Notes: generated by a model not told the origin, from the letters alone. 64,000 bases of DNA from Ignavibacteriota bacterium (GCA_963801355.1 CAWDEM010000008.1:832001-896000); one strand, 5' to 3'. Counted from the first letter of the stretch, positions 19,701 through 27,250 are shown. Made by a program: numbers and translations.

Positions 19701-19914
19701 AGGAAACAACGGAGGCAAGAGCCCCGAAGAGAACGAAAGCCAGGACGGCGCTGAAGGCCCGAAGCCTGTCGAAAGGGTCCGAGATACGGACATCTCCAGC
19801 GGTACTCTTGCTCGCCCATGCGGCGCGCCGATACCCCTTCCCGCGCAATTGCCTGGCCGCTTTGCGTGCTTCATCCTGCTTCCCAAAGTATCCAATGAGC
19901 CTACCCGTGTACAT
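10759..19914 (-). CDS. ndvB: Cyclic beta-1,2-glucan synthase (NdvB/ChvB/Cgs; GT84 plus C-terminal GH94 phosphorylase)
   Basis: 3051 aa. GWERKRGKLEELN, VITLDSDT, LSHDLIEG, RQHRWIRGDWQ, PPDNYQ, RTSPTNIG, YYDLLASEARL, GH94 QSGGAFGFRDQLQD, GDWNDGMN, GVRENGGQYTH, GWSWYTGSA. Confidence 0.93.
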   Translation of the reverse strand: MYTGRLIGYFGKQDEARKAARQLRGKGYRRAAWASKSTAGDVRISDPFDRLRAFSAVLAFVLFGALASVVSFGLAWSGPALWGSVSVPFLVGGLLGALVCVAWVRRSTFGLERGFVEDHARWLVSGESVLILQSPIETLQVPMAAVLESGEIQPAVFILYPKRESPNGENGGPGTLLMPAQLEEHARRLATTHREALGPPQNTELLKRIERGRRWVHEACLDLAVANRLEQIVSPAAEWLLDNEYVIEGNARRVLLNLPRRYYRQLPALTTEPDRGSARIYCLARELVSHSDLRLDRESILAFIAAYQSESRLSIGELWAVPQMLRATLMEGIQEIAGRTQTDLRERELANFWANRLIAVNRRDPQKIFSVLAELTESQQAPSPHFATELIDYLYDEITALAPVLSWLERKFQKSLADLSLREKNRQTKDQISIGNAFTSLRFLDLLDWKVCFEQLSDVEALLRQDPAGIYPHMDFDTRDRCRRAIEDLHRGSDVAEDLVARRVLELAAQAAHDSPGNERLRHVGTYLIGDRRNNLARLIGCRETLRFLGLRWTYRHHSSVYFTGVISLALAFVALFVLIGLQSEARAVQFLVALLLLIPASQLALEVMNYLIMRVLPPRTLPKMDYRLSGIPDTCRTLVVVPVMLMDLETVLAEAEKLEIRYLANKEDNLLFSLFSDYVDATQARCEADESLLQAAKVCIETLNQRYGGNRFFLFHRERRWSDSEQKFIGWERKRGKLEELNGLINGTRPQEAGRLLHVGNPDQLSGIRYVITLDSDTQLPSGTARRLIETLSHPLNHARVDERGRILSGYTIIQPRVSPSLPSMSGSPFSRLFSDPIGIDPYTNAVSDVNQDLAGEGSYHGKGIYDVRAFSRVLAGRFPEAWLLSHDLIEGAHVRVGLASDIELYDEFPQDYVSFIKRQHRWIRGDWQIANWIMPSVPLPGNGIGPNPLSWFDRGKIFDNLRRSMLPVASLSLLLASWLISSQAGWIASAVVATQLLFHSLVQPFTWATTSTGGRGTSVSKFAHDLLRVVAEAALLPYQSWLALDAIVRVLYRRHISHRGLLEWTSAQVMQDEARARVPMFLLSMCLASLFSVIVGWGVQSMGLSTVLIAIPWLVLWFLSPVVGWVLNRRPERKQPQAMLRENDRQFLRNIACRTWRYFSDFVNQETSWLPPDNYQVAYQNQLAMRTSPTNIGLWMVSVLGAHDFGYLTLDEVTRKLTGTMETIGKLDRHEGHLLNWYDIQTLAPLKPHYVSTVDSGNLLAALWSIDHGLDALMHEELLDARAFAGLRDAGESLRQAIVTEKSTSLDGDALRALLLTWESPPDRIPDAVGLLRRAKQSVSEFATMTNVSALPGGSVSHWVKQMQSQTDAWLNVVDRYLGWIEILGEKTADEIAMLDQNGAPELQQALHHAPSLHDLANGNLPWIPLLRALRKREPSDTSAVASWIDRVFGALDTSKWLAGEMLASGEQLAQAARELSASMNMRFLYNADRRLFSIGYNVTEGRLDHAYYDLLASEARLGSFVAIARGDVPIEHWFAMSRPYGAVGRRQVLLSWTGTMFEYLMPLLFQRSYGNSLLDKATQEAVAIQIDYGPRHDVPWGISESASGDLDINKTYQYHAFGVPALGLKRGLEEKIVIAPYATLLAINIQPRESLRNLKRLAKLGLLDEYGYYEALDFSQQQTREGERGVIVRAYMAHHQGMGFLALTNLLHGNSIQNYFHRDPRVRTVEPLLHERIPIVPPLNQISTRARISSIAAVGEVAPSVSQFDTPHTSTPKTQLLCNGRYGVMLTNAGGGYSRWGDVEITRWRSDRTSDPWGTFCYIHDTDSDRLWCNTYQPTRGKVEDYSADFSLDRAVFRRIDNGIQSETEIVVAPEEDVEIRRITLINRSLRTRQLDLTSYIELSLAPHDADRQHPAFNKLFIQTEAVPGQHALLAFRRPRQDGDPPVYVGHRFTLEHDDVDALRFETDRARFIGRGRTLSAPMGAVQEPGQSQGFAIDPILSLRQSLTVGPGQRAQVSMVLAGASTREQVLSLMSKYGDPRAIDRAMDFAWASAQLELRLLHIQPDDARRFQQLASHLLFPNLLLRAAAERIAENRKGQAGLWTYGISGDVPIALVAIGEVEDMSLVRQMLQAHTYWRMHGFTTDLVILNEESRGYERPLHEQLQRLIQSHSATTGVDRPGGIFLRSADMIPEEDLTLLQAVASTVMVAARGTLQQQLGVSIEIPETPGPIASKRDSRDPAAALPFMELPYFNSIGGFTPDGNEYAVYLGPGMNTPMPWVNIIANPGFGTLISETGAGFTWQGNSQRNRLTQWSNDPVTDPPSEALYIRDEETGAYWTPCASPIREGTDYRARHGAGYSVFEHNSHGIEHELTVFVPVDDGGGEPVKLQRLLLKNDSARPRKLSLTYYVEWTLGEFRESSQNHVVTDWDDEVEAMIAHNYYHPDFSDSVAFAALSLPAESYTGDRTAFLGRNRSMVNPAAMERTGLSRRTGAGLDPCAALQTTVRLAPGENVEITCVLGQAPSLNKARALVLAYRENTVVKAALVQTKAWWNERLDVVQVHTPELAVDFLINRWLLYQTLACRLWGRSGFYQSGGAFGFRDQLQDVMALLYAQPGLARAHILLAAGRQFTEGDVQHWWHVPGGAGIRSRISDDLLWLPYVAAHYVRITGDVSILHEMVGFLDAPPLEKNQNESLKSPGNSSEHASLFEHCRRAVTRGHTSGSHGLPLIGTGDWNDGMNLVGAAGKGESVWLAWFLVDVLKGMAEMSTEMGRPDLSLAYLQDRKILIEHVEGFAWDGEWYLRGTFDDGTPLGSSVNQEARIDSIPQSWAWISGAADSDRAKKALESAWKNLVREEDKLVLLFEPPFDKTELSPGYIKGYPPGVRENGGQYTHAALWLAIAIARSGDGTRAANMMRILNPIEHARDPETVWRYGIEPYVVAADVYRLPGRIGKGGWSWYTGSAALMYRTWVEEILGLQVRGETMSFTPVIPGWWDGFQMSYRHGESVYAIQVENPEHYERGISWVEMDGQRMKGGVIPLGRDFIKHRIVVRMGN

Positions 19915-20069
19915 CCCTGGTCCTCATGGACGTGGAGAGAAAGAGTGTGCTGAAGACCGGGGACCCCTTCAGGTTCAAGAATCTGCACCACGTGATGGTC
20001 CTTGCATACAGTGCATGGAATTACTCCATCCTACGACGGAGCCTTGCATTTCCGGTCCGGGGGCAACGG

Positions 20070-20327
20070 TTACTTGGACTTGACGAGCCGGACGATGTAC
20101 AGCAGGATGAGTGCACCCACGACGGCCGCAATCAACAAGCCGATGATACCTGCGCTGGAAATTCCGAGCAGACCAAATACCCAGACTCCGATGAAAGCGC
20201 CTATGACCCCGATGATCAAATCGCCGACCAGGCCGAACCCGGAGCCCTTAAATATCTTTCCTGCGAGGAATCCCGCAACGATCCCGATCGCGAGGAAAAT
20301 AAGCAGGTGTTCTGTACTCGTATCCAT
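20070..20327 (-). CDS. GlsB/YeaQ/YmgE family (transglycosylase-associated) stress membrane protein
   Basis: IGIVAGFLAGKIFKGSGFGLVGDLIIGVIGAFIG...AAVVGALILL signature. Confidence 0.9.
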   Translation of the reverse strand: MDTSTEHLLIFLAIGIVAGFLAGKIFKGSGFGLVGDLIIGVIGAFIGVWVFGLLGISSAGIIGLLIAAVVGALILLYIVRLVKSK

Positions 20328-20388
20328 GTTGCTCTCTCCTTTGTTGGTTGGGCATATTGCCCGTTCAGTGAGGCAGTGTGGTTGTTAT

Positions 20389-21315
20389 TCATCCCCTAAG
20401 TGCGGCCAATTGTTTGAACAGCTCGAATTCCTTTTCAGTGAGATGCTCCGGCACCTTGATATCTACTTTCACGAATAGATTTCCGAACTCATTCTTCCTG
20501 CCATAGACCGGCATCCCGAGCCCCAGGAGCCTGAGTTCCGTACCGTTCTGTGTTTCTTTCGGAATATTCATTTTTACCCAGCCCTTCAGCGTTTCGACCT
20601 GCGTCTTCCCTCCCAAGAGAGCCGTATACAGATCGACTGAGATCGTGCGGTGGAGATCGTCTCCCCTGCGGAGAAACACAGGATGAAGTGCAATCCTGAT
20701 GGTCAGATAGAGGTCGCCGTTTGGACCGCCGTTTCTTCCGGCGCCCCCTTTGCCTGCGATCCTCAAGACCTGCGTGTCCACAACCCCCGGTTTGATGGTC
20801 ACTTTGATAGTCTGACCATGCAGCTGGATAAGCCGGGTCGTGCCATGATAGGCTTCTTCCAGCGACAGGGTCGTTTCAGCTTCGAGATTCTCTCCTGTAA
20901 CCGCGGCGCGTCCGCCCCCCCGTCCCCTGCCACCACGTTGTCCAAACAACAATTCAAACAAATCTCCCACACCCCCGTCACCGAAGGTTTCATCGAATTC
21001 TTCGCGACTCACCCGGCGCCCTTGCCCACCCTGACCTGCCGCATATTTCGACCAGTCAAATCCTCCCGGCTTCCCGCCGGTTTGTTCGTACTGCTTCCAC
21101 TCCGCGCCAAACTGATCGTACTTTTTCCTTTTCTCAGGGTCGCTGAGAACTTCGTTCGCTTCGTTGATTTCTTTGAACTTCTCTTCAGCTGCTTTGTTTC
21201 CCTTGGTCTTGTCGGGATGGTGTTTCAATGCAAGCTTGCGATATGCTCTTTTGATGTCTTCCGGCGTAGCGGTCTTTTCGACGCCAAGCACTTTATAATA
21301 GTCTTTGTAGGTCAC
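20389..21315 (-). CDS. cbpA: DnaJ-class co-chaperone, CbpA-like (J domain plus C-terminal domain, no Zn finger)
   Basis: KDYYKVLGV...HHPD...[18 protein letters not shown] region, no CxxCxGxG repeats. Confidence 0.85.
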   Translation of the reverse strand: MTYKDYYKVLGVEKTATPEDIKRAYRKLALKHHPDKTKGNKAAEEKFKEINEANEVLSDPEKRKKYDQFGAEWKQYEQTGGKPGGFDWSKYAAGQGGQGRRVSREEFDETFGDGGVGDLFELLFGQRGGRGRGGGRAAVTGENLEAETTLSLEEAYHGTTRLIQLHGQTIKVTIKPGVVDTQVLRIAGKGGAGRNGGPNGDLYLTIRIALHPVFLRRGDDLHRTISVDLYTALLGGKTQVETLKGWVKMNIPKETQNGTELRLLGLGMPVYGRKNEFGNLFVKVDIKVPEHLTEKEFELFKQLAALRG

Positions 21316-21416
21316 TTTCTCTCGGCTTGCCCATCATTATTGTGCCACTTGCACCTGCGCCGGGCGCAACAATTCGTCATTCCAGAGATACCCTTGACGC
21401 AGGACCGCGGCCGGCG

Positions 21417-21830
21417 TTAGTCGAACCGCAACGTCGAGGCCATGGCTTCAACCTTGTCCCGTTCCAGTTTCCACGCGTCCTCGCGATTCTCAAGAGCCGT
21501 CGCTTCCTTCTGTGCGTATTCTTTGTATGCTTTATTCGTCGTTGCGAGTGCTTGCTTCAATGCCGGCAGCTGCGTGGCCGGGACTTCTTCAAGCTCACAA
21601 TGCACCACAAGAAAGCCGCCGTCGATGTCCGCTTCTGCCGTCTGATTCAGCGTTTTCCATTCGCGGTCAAAGATCTCGCACCATTCCGGTGGCGGATGTC
21701 CTGACAGCTCAAAATACACGTGATACACCGTATCCGACCCGACGTCTTTGCGGGTTTTCTCGGTGTTCATTCTCTTGATGAACATATCAGGTGCGGATGG
21801 AACCTGAGTGTCTTTTGGCTTGTCGGTCAT
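21417..21830 (-). CDS. Hypothetical protein (137 aa)
   Basis: AGGAGG RBS. Globular N-terminus and coiled-coil C-terminus. Lies directly downstream of motif copy 2. Confidence 0.7.
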   Translation of the reverse strand: MTDKPKDTQVPSAPDMFIKRMNTEKTRKDVGSDTVYHVYFELSGHPPPEWCEIFDREWKTLNQTAEADIDGGFLVVHCELEEVPATQLPALKQALATTNKAYKEYAQKEATALENREDAWKLERDKVEAMASTLRFD

Positions 21831-21895
21831 GTGGTACCTCCTGTGGCCCGAAAGGAGCGATTCTTGATAAAGAAAGCACCAAAGTGAGCACTGTA

Positions 21896-21956
21896 AGCAT
21901 ACCGGATATTGCTGCGGAATGAATCACCTGAAAGGATGAAAGAGGAGCTAGTCCCC
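21896..21956 (-). promoter_or_regulatory. Conserved island promoter motif, copy 2
   Basis: AGCATA-17-ATGAATCACCTGAAAGGATGAAAGAGGAGCTAGTCCCC (-10 TATGCT on the - strand). Confidence 0.75.
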
Positions 21957-21992
21957 GGAATTCCACCAAATGGCCCGGTATGCGCCGGGAGG

Positions 21993-22682
21993 TTATCCTT
22001 CAAGCACTTTCTGGATGGATTTCTTGTGACCGAACAGCACCAGAACATCTCCTCGTTCAACGATCGTTGTTGGTGCCGGCACGCCTATGATCGACTCAAT
22101 CTCCCGCTTTCTGAGACCGAGGAACTGTGGCTTTGTTTCCATCCGTTTGATCGTGATAAGACTGATCTCGAAACGTTGTCTGAGGTCCAGTTCCTGAATG
22201 GTGCATCCGATGAAAGATTCAGGGGCAATTGCTTCGGCAATCGTGAAATCGGACGTGAAAGCAAACGAATTGACCACCTTTTCGAAGATCAGGCTATTTG
22301 CAAGCCGTTCTGCTGCCTCGGCTCCAGGAAGCACGACTTCCTTGATCCCGAGATGATTCAAGATCTGTTCGTGCACTGCCGTTGTCGCTCGCACGATGAT
22401 CCGCTTAACACCAATCTTCTGCAAAAAAGTCACAGTGAGGAGCGAGGCCTCGAAATCTTCACCGATACCCACAACGACAGCATCGTATTCATCCAGGCCC
22501 TGACTGCGTAGCGCCTTTTCATCCGTCGCATCCAGCTGCACAGTGTGCGTCACGAGTTCTTTTATGTCGTCGAGCTTCGGGAGATTCTCGTCGATGGCGA
22601 GAACTTCCGCACCCTGCTGTGCCAACCGCGCAGCAAGACGGTCTCCAAAATACCCCAGGCCGATGATTGCGAATTTCTTCAT
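21993..22682 (-). CDS. trkA: TrkA/KtrA potassium uptake regulatory subunit
   Basis: IIGLGYFG Rossmann motif, RCK-N and RCK-C domains. Confidence 0.9.
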   Translation of the reverse strand: MKKFAIIGLGYFGDRLAARLAQQGAEVLAIDENLPKLDDIKELVTHTVQLDATDEKALRSQGLDEYDAVVVGIGEDFEASLLTVTFLQKIGVKRIIVRATTAVHEQILNHLGIKEVVLPGAEAAERLANSLIFEKVVNSFAFTSDFTIAEAIAPESFIGCTIQELDLRQRFEISLITIKRMETKPQFLGLRKREIESIIGVPAPTTIVERGDVLVLFGHKKSIQKVLEG

Positions 22683-22697
22683 GGGATGGTCCGTATT

Positions 22698-24518
22698 TTA
22701 TGTAATGAGAATATTCTCCTCTGTGTAGCCATATCGTCCTTCCGTGCGCCGGGGGGTCACGGCAATCACAATCGCAAGAAGGCCGACGCGTCCTGCAATC
22801 ATGCAACCCGTGATGATCAGTTTCCCCGGCAGCGTGAGTTGTGGCGTGATGCCTGTCGAAAGGCCGACCGTGCTCAGTGCAGAGACAACTTCGAACAGGA
22901 GCTGTTCGAAGGAACTCTTTTCAGTCAGGAGTAGGCAAAACACCGCTCCGGTCACAAAACAAAATGAGAGCAACACAGTGGTAAATGCCTTTGTGATGGC
23001 AATTTCGGGCACACGCTTCCGGAAGATCTCAACATTCTTCCTTCCTGACGCAATAGCGTGAATCTTGAGGATCGTAAGAGCTGCAGTCGTTGTCTTGATG
23101 CCGCCACCTGTTGATCCTGGAGATGCGCCAATCCACATGAGCACAATCAGTACGAAAAGCGTCGGCACGGTACATGAGCCGATGTCGAGGATGTTGAAAC
23201 CGGCTGTCCGGGCTGTTACCGAATTGAAGAGAGATGCAAACATCTTGTCGGTGAAGGAGAGATCGCGCAGAGTGCCGTTCCCTTCAAGAAGAAGAAAACC
23301 CAGTGCACCACCGGCCAGCAGAACAGCGGTTGTGAGAAGCACAACCTTTGAGTGAAGGGACAGCCTGCAGCGAGCGCGGGCGTTGACGGCACCCACCATC
23401 TTTGTGCCGCTGTTCGCGAGAACGGGAAAGCCAAGCCCGCCGAGAACAACCAGTATCATGATGGTGGACAAGAAGCCTGTGTTGGCATGAAGAACGCTAT
23501 CCGCGAGATTGTCAGTTGTGAGAGTGAAGCCGGCATTACAGAACGCTGAGATTGAGTGAAACACGGAAAACAGCAGCGGATCTCCTTCACCAACAGACCA
23601 GGCATTACCGATGAATTCATACAAGGCAAAAGCTCCCATGCCCTCGATCGCGAACGTGACGAACGCAATCTGCAGAATTGTCTTCTTAATCGCCCCCAGA
23701 CTGTCTTCACCAAGGAGCGTTTGCATGTTTGAATACTCCTTCAGGCGAGCTCCTCCGCCGAGAACAAAGGCGAAGAATGTTGTCAGCGTCATGATGCCCA
23801 ATCCACCGACCTGGATTAATACCATCAGCACCACATGCCCGAACGGCGTGAAGTTGGTCGCTGTGTCAACAACAATGAGTCCGGTAACACACACAGCGCT
23901 GGTCGCAGTGAATAGCGCGTCAACAAATGAGATGGAGTGAGAGACGGTTGCCCGAGGTAGAAGCAGCGCAACTGTCCCTACGGTGACCAGGATGAGAAAG
24001 CTGAGAAGGATAAGCATAGATGGTTGAACATTGCTCGTCATCGCGCGCTTGCCGTAACGCAAGAGTGCCGGCACAAAGGAAAACGCAACGAATACTTGAG
24101 TGATGGCGAGGTATATTCGTGCAAGGGCGCCGGGAGACAATTGAGAGTCAAAGGAAAGCAATAGTGCTTCAATCTGAGTGGAGAGCAGAAGGTACAGCAG
24201 AATTGACATCAGCAACGCGTGCTCAAACCATCGTGAGCGGATATACTCAAGATGCTTTCGGGCCAATCCGAGTTTCAAGGCGCCTTGCAGCACAAATCCG
24301 TAGAGTATGGCTATGTTAAGACATTGAGCTCGCTCCTCCCATTCGGCGGAAAGGTAGAAGCCGTGCTGTGCAAGCAATACGCCAAGTGCAGCCAGTGCAA
24401 GAAAGAAGACTCCAACATTGATGATGCATACAAACTGTTCCCGGTGCCGGGCAATAAATGAAACGTCTTCCCTGCGTTCAATGTGCCGCCTGAGAAATCG
24501 AATAAGGAGTTTCGACAT
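22698..24518 (-). CDS. trkH: TrkH/KtrB potassium transporter membrane subunit with N-terminal TM extension
   Basis: SAVCVTGL, QVGGLGIMT, SAFCNAGF, RTAGF, GSTGGGIKTTT, SALSTVGLS selectivity-filter motifs. Confidence 0.9.
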   Translation of the reverse strand: MSKLLIRFLRRHIERREDVSFIARHREQFVCIINVGVFFLALAALGVLLAQHGFYLSAEWEERAQCLNIAILYGFVLQGALKLGLARKHLEYIRSRWFEHALLMSILLYLLLSTQIEALLLSFDSQLSPGALARIYLAITQVFVAFSFVPALLRYGKRAMTSNVQPSMLILLSFLILVTVGTVALLLPRATVSHSISFVDALFTATSAVCVTGLIVVDTATNFTPFGHVVLMVLIQVGGLGIMTLTTFFAFVLGGGARLKEYSNMQTLLGEDSLGAIKKTILQIAFVTFAIEGMGAFALYEFIGNAWSVGEGDPLLFSVFHSISAFCNAGFTLTTDNLADSVLHANTGFLSTIMILVVLGGLGFPVLANSGTKMVGAVNARARCRLSLHSKVVLLTTAVLLAGGALGFLLLEGNGTLRDLSFTDKMFASLFNSVTARTAGFNILDIGSCTVPTLFVLIVLMWIGASPGSTGGGIKTTTAALTILKIHAIASGRKNVEIFRKRVPEIAITKAFTTVLLSFCFVTGAVFCLLLTEKSSFEQLLFEVVSALSTVGLSTGITPQLTLPGKLIITGCMIAGRVGLLAIVIAVTPRRTEGRYGYTEENILIT

Positions 24519-24578
24519 GTCGGTCTCGCCGTGAGAGGGAGCACACGCCGTGCGATCCTTGCGGGCGATCCTTGCATG

Positions 24579-24639
24579 AGTGTATCGATTCGCGCTTCGA
24601 AATCATATCCCCTAGAAGGATGAAATAGTAGCTAACCCC
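24579..24639 (-). promoter_or_regulatory. Conserved island promoter motif, copy 3 (drives trkH-trkA)
   Basis: AGTGTA (TACACT on -)...ATCCCCTAGAAGGATGAAATAGTAGCTAACCCC. Confidence 0.7.
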
Positions 24640-24653
24640 ATCGATGTCATAGA

Positions 24654-24714
24654 GGGATTAGCTACTATTTCGATCTATTGGCCGATTACAATTGCAGGGG
24701 GCCCTCCGTATACT
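24654..24714 (+). promoter_or_regulatory. Conserved island promoter motif, copy 4 (inverted; drives the + strand gene)
   Basis: GGGATTAGCTACTATTTCGATCTATTGGCCGATTACA-18-TATACT, the reverse-complement orientation of the consensus. Confidence 0.75.
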
Positions 24715-24861
24715 TCGTCCTGGCGATTTACGCAATGATGTGTTTTGGAACTACCCACGAACACTGTTGTTCCGAACGATCCCGGAGGCCAAAGTGGAAG
24801 CACCGCGCAACAGCGAGACCTACGACACACACCAATGTGATTGCCGGCGGGGCCACATGCA

Positions 24862-25221
24862 ATGCATACGCTCAATTCAACTACGCGCCTCATGATTCTT
24901 GCTGTACTGGGGGTTGTGGCAGGAGCAATCATGACGTCGTCTCTCCATGAAAAGGTGGCGGGGAACGAAAAGAGAACACCAGGAGTCCAGGCAGAATACT
25001 CCAGCGCGTGGCAGACGCTCAAGAGCAAATCCGAGGCCCAGATCAGGGAAAATGGAAGGAAGATCAGCAAGTTCAAAACGCAGAGGGAAAAAGGGAGTAG
25101 AGCGTTTCGTCCGACCTACGACAGGCGGGTGGCGGAGCTTGAGCGAAGGAACATCGCCCTCCAGGTCTCGCTCAATGACTTTAAGGGCGACAGGAGTGAT
25201 GCACGGGCGGAGTTCAAATAG
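24862..25221 (+). CDS. Exported/anchored coiled-coil hypothetical protein
   Basis: N-terminal hydrophobic segment, then WQTLKSKSEAQIRENGRKISKFK...VAELERRN coiled coil. Preceded by motif copy 4. Confidence 0.7.
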   Translation: MHTLNSTTRLMILAVLGVVAGAIMTSSLHEKVAGNEKRTPGVQAEYSSAWQTLKSKSEAQIRENGRKISKFKTQREKGSRAFRPTYDRRVAELERRNIALQVSLNDFKGDRSDARAEFK

Positions 25222-25248
25222 TCTGAAAAGGCCTTCGCCATCTCTGTA

Positions 25249-26397
25249 TCATTGCAGTTCCCTCCTCATGAGTGGTTCTCTCTCCCTCCAGCATTCCCAT
25301 CCCGAATGGTGCTGTTTCTCCTTTGAACGACCAAAGCGGGGCGGGCGGTAGAATACATCCACCCCATCGCTCGTCGTCGCCGGCATGACCGAGGGAAGAT
25401 CCGCACAATCACAGTGTTCCATCGCAGCCATGGGCACCTGCCCCGCCGACTTCACTGAGTTCATCGTTTGCTCGTACACACCCTGGTACGCGCGTAAGAA
25501 CTTCTGCACGCGGTCTACATCATACACTGCGACGCTCACTGTTGTCTGGATATGCTCTTTCAGTGTGTCAAATGCCAGGCCGGCATATCTCTTTGCAAAA
25601 CCGGGCACATCGACATCCCGAAAGCCGGCGTCCAATCGTTCCAGCGGTCGCATGTCGAAGTAAGACAAGTGAAGATTTTCGGGAGATGCGACGATATACC
25701 GCGCAGCTGTTCCGAGTGCACCGACGGTGTAGGGTGTACCGCCAAAACAGGTGGAAAGTAAAAGGATATCAAATCTTGAGGAATCGGCCCTGAAGCTCCT
25801 CACCCCTCGCGCGAACCCCGGGACGGTGAGTGGTCGATCGGGATAGGATGCATCATAGCCTGCACCGTCAAACTCCGGGACTTCATGACCAAAGTAGAGA
25901 AACAGGGAGACCATCCCGGGCTGATTGCCCGCGCTCAAGCGGCGATACAGCCCCATTTCAGTCTTGAGAGGCGATTCTTCCTGATCGCGCCAATACACAT
26001 CATTGGCGATGAGCCGCCCGTTCCGGTAACAATAAAAGGTCCCATCGCGAAGTGGAAAGAAGAACAGGAAGTGTCTTCTGGGTCGTTGGTGAAAAATTAA
26101 CACCTCAGCATGTGGGTTGCGCAGCGCGACCCTCTGTGCCTCAGCGAGTGCCACCTCGTCTGCCCGGTATTCGTTTCCGCCAGTATCATGGTAAAGATAA
26201 TCACCGTCACCGTGGATCACACACACGATCGAGTACGCCGTCGCCTGCACCCCCACGTCATTCTCTTGAGCTGCACGCTGAACGGGAAGCTCGGCGCCGC
26301 ACGAGGACAGCAGCACGGCGAGCGTGGCGCAAGCAACGCTCACCCACAGCATCTGGAACGGATTGGTCCTCGCCGATCTGTTCTGCGGATTCGACAT
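25249..26397 (-). CDS. Lipoprotein, clostripain (C11) / caspase-fold peptidase-like
   Basis: Lipobox LSS-C. LFLYFGHE and FDILLLSTCFGG...ARYIVASPE resemble the C11 His/Cys dyad contexts. Confidence 0.55.
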   Translation of the reverse strand: MSNPQNRSARTNPFQMLWVSVACATLAVLLSSCGAELPVQRAAQENDVGVQATAYSIVCVIHGDGDYLYHDTGGNEYRADEVALAEAQRVALRNPHAEVLIFHQRPRRHFLFFFPLRDGTFYCYRNGRLIANDVYWRDQEESPLKTEMGLYRRLSAGNQPGMVSLFLYFGHEVPEFDGAGYDASYPDRPLTVPGFARGVRSFRADSSRFDILLLSTCFGGTPYTVGALGTAARYIVASPENLHLSYFDMRPLERLDAGFRDVDVPGFAKRYAGLAFDTLKEHIQTTVSVAVYDVDRVQKFLRAYQGVYEQTMNSVKSAGQVPMAAMEHCDCADLPSVMPATTSDGVDVFYRPPRFGRSKEKQHHSGWECWREREPLMRRELQ

Positions 26398-26433
26398 ATC
26401 GAACGCCTGAAATGTCCTCTCAGGGTAATGTTG

Positions 26434-26898
26434 TTACAATATGAGGATGAGGATGATGACAATCAGCAGCAGTGTGACGACACTGATAGTAATCATCTGG
26501 TCAGCCTGCTCCATATCCTGGACGACATATTGAGAAAACGCATTGAGCTGCGTATCCGGTACGCGCGGGAAGCCGTTCACGCCTGCAAGCTCATCCTGTT
26601 TCTCTTGCAGCGAGGCTCTGATAAGTTCAATCCCGGCGGCATCGGCGTCGGAGACTTGCGTCGACGTTTCGACTATGTCCAGGGCTTTGCACATGCTTTG
26701 GAGTGATTCGTTAAGGATCGCACGTTTCGCGGATGGATCTTCAGTTGCTTGCACTTTGACTGCTGCATTGTTGAAGTACTGCTGCAGTTCCGCTTTGCCG
26801 CCGGCCAGTGCCGGGAGTGCCAGAACGGACATCATGATGATTAAACCGGATGCTCGTCGAGTTGTCATCGCTGTACCTTTCATGGTGTTGGGTGACAT
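26434..26898 (-). CDS. Hypothetical exported helical protein with C-terminal membrane anchor
   Basis: Signal peptide ...LALPALA-GG, helical body, C-terminal ITISVVTLLLIVIILILIL. Confidence 0.75.
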   Translation of the reverse strand: MSPNTMKGTAMTTRRASGLIIMMSVLALPALAGGKAELQQYFNNAAVKVQATEDPSAKRAILNESLQSMCKALDIVETSTQVSDADAAGIELIRASLQEKQDELAGVNGFPRVPDTQLNAFSQYVVQDMEQADQMITISVVTLLLIVIILILIL

Positions 26899-26918
26899 TG
26901 ATCACTGTTCACAGTATG

Positions 26919-26978
26919 AATCTAGAGGAACACCTGTCATAATGAAATCGGCCAAAGGAACGAATGGGTAGTTAATCC
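26919..26978 (-). promoter_or_regulatory. Conserved island promoter motif, copy 5
   Basis: AATCTA (TAGATT on -)...AAATCGGCCAAAGGAACGAATGGGTAGTTAATCC. Confidence 0.7.
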
Positions 26979-27100
26979 TTTCGCATAGCACGGGGAACGT
27001 GGTTCCGGCTTGCCCGGGCTTATGATTTTGCTCTTCGCTTGCCCTGAACCTCTACCGACTCCGAAGGATCGCCGGAACCACGTAGGGATTTGCCCGACAG

Positions 27101-27250
27101 TCATGCGGCCCTTCGCCCACTAATCAAGTTAAACACCACAGCGATGACGGCGAGGACCAGAAGCACGTGAACGAAACCTCCCATGGTGGTGGAGGTGACC
27201 AGTCCTAAGAGCCACAGGACCAAGAGAATGATTGCGATTGTGTACAGCAT
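27101..27250 (-). CDS. lmo0937-family (DUF5670) small membrane protein, 49 aa (below ORF-track cutoff)
   Basis: Hand translation MLYTIAIILLVLWLLGLVTSTTMGGFVHVLLVLAVIAVVFNLISGRRAA. AAAGGA RBS. Confidence 0.9.
   Translation of the reverse strand: MLYTIAIILLVLWLLGLVTSTTMGGFVHVLLVLAVIAVVFNLISGRRAA

Noticed and set aside
19975-20035. Possible ninth island motif upstream of ndvB (GGAATTACTCC)
   Set aside because: It only weakly resembles one half, with no dyad or correctly spaced -10, so it was not counted.
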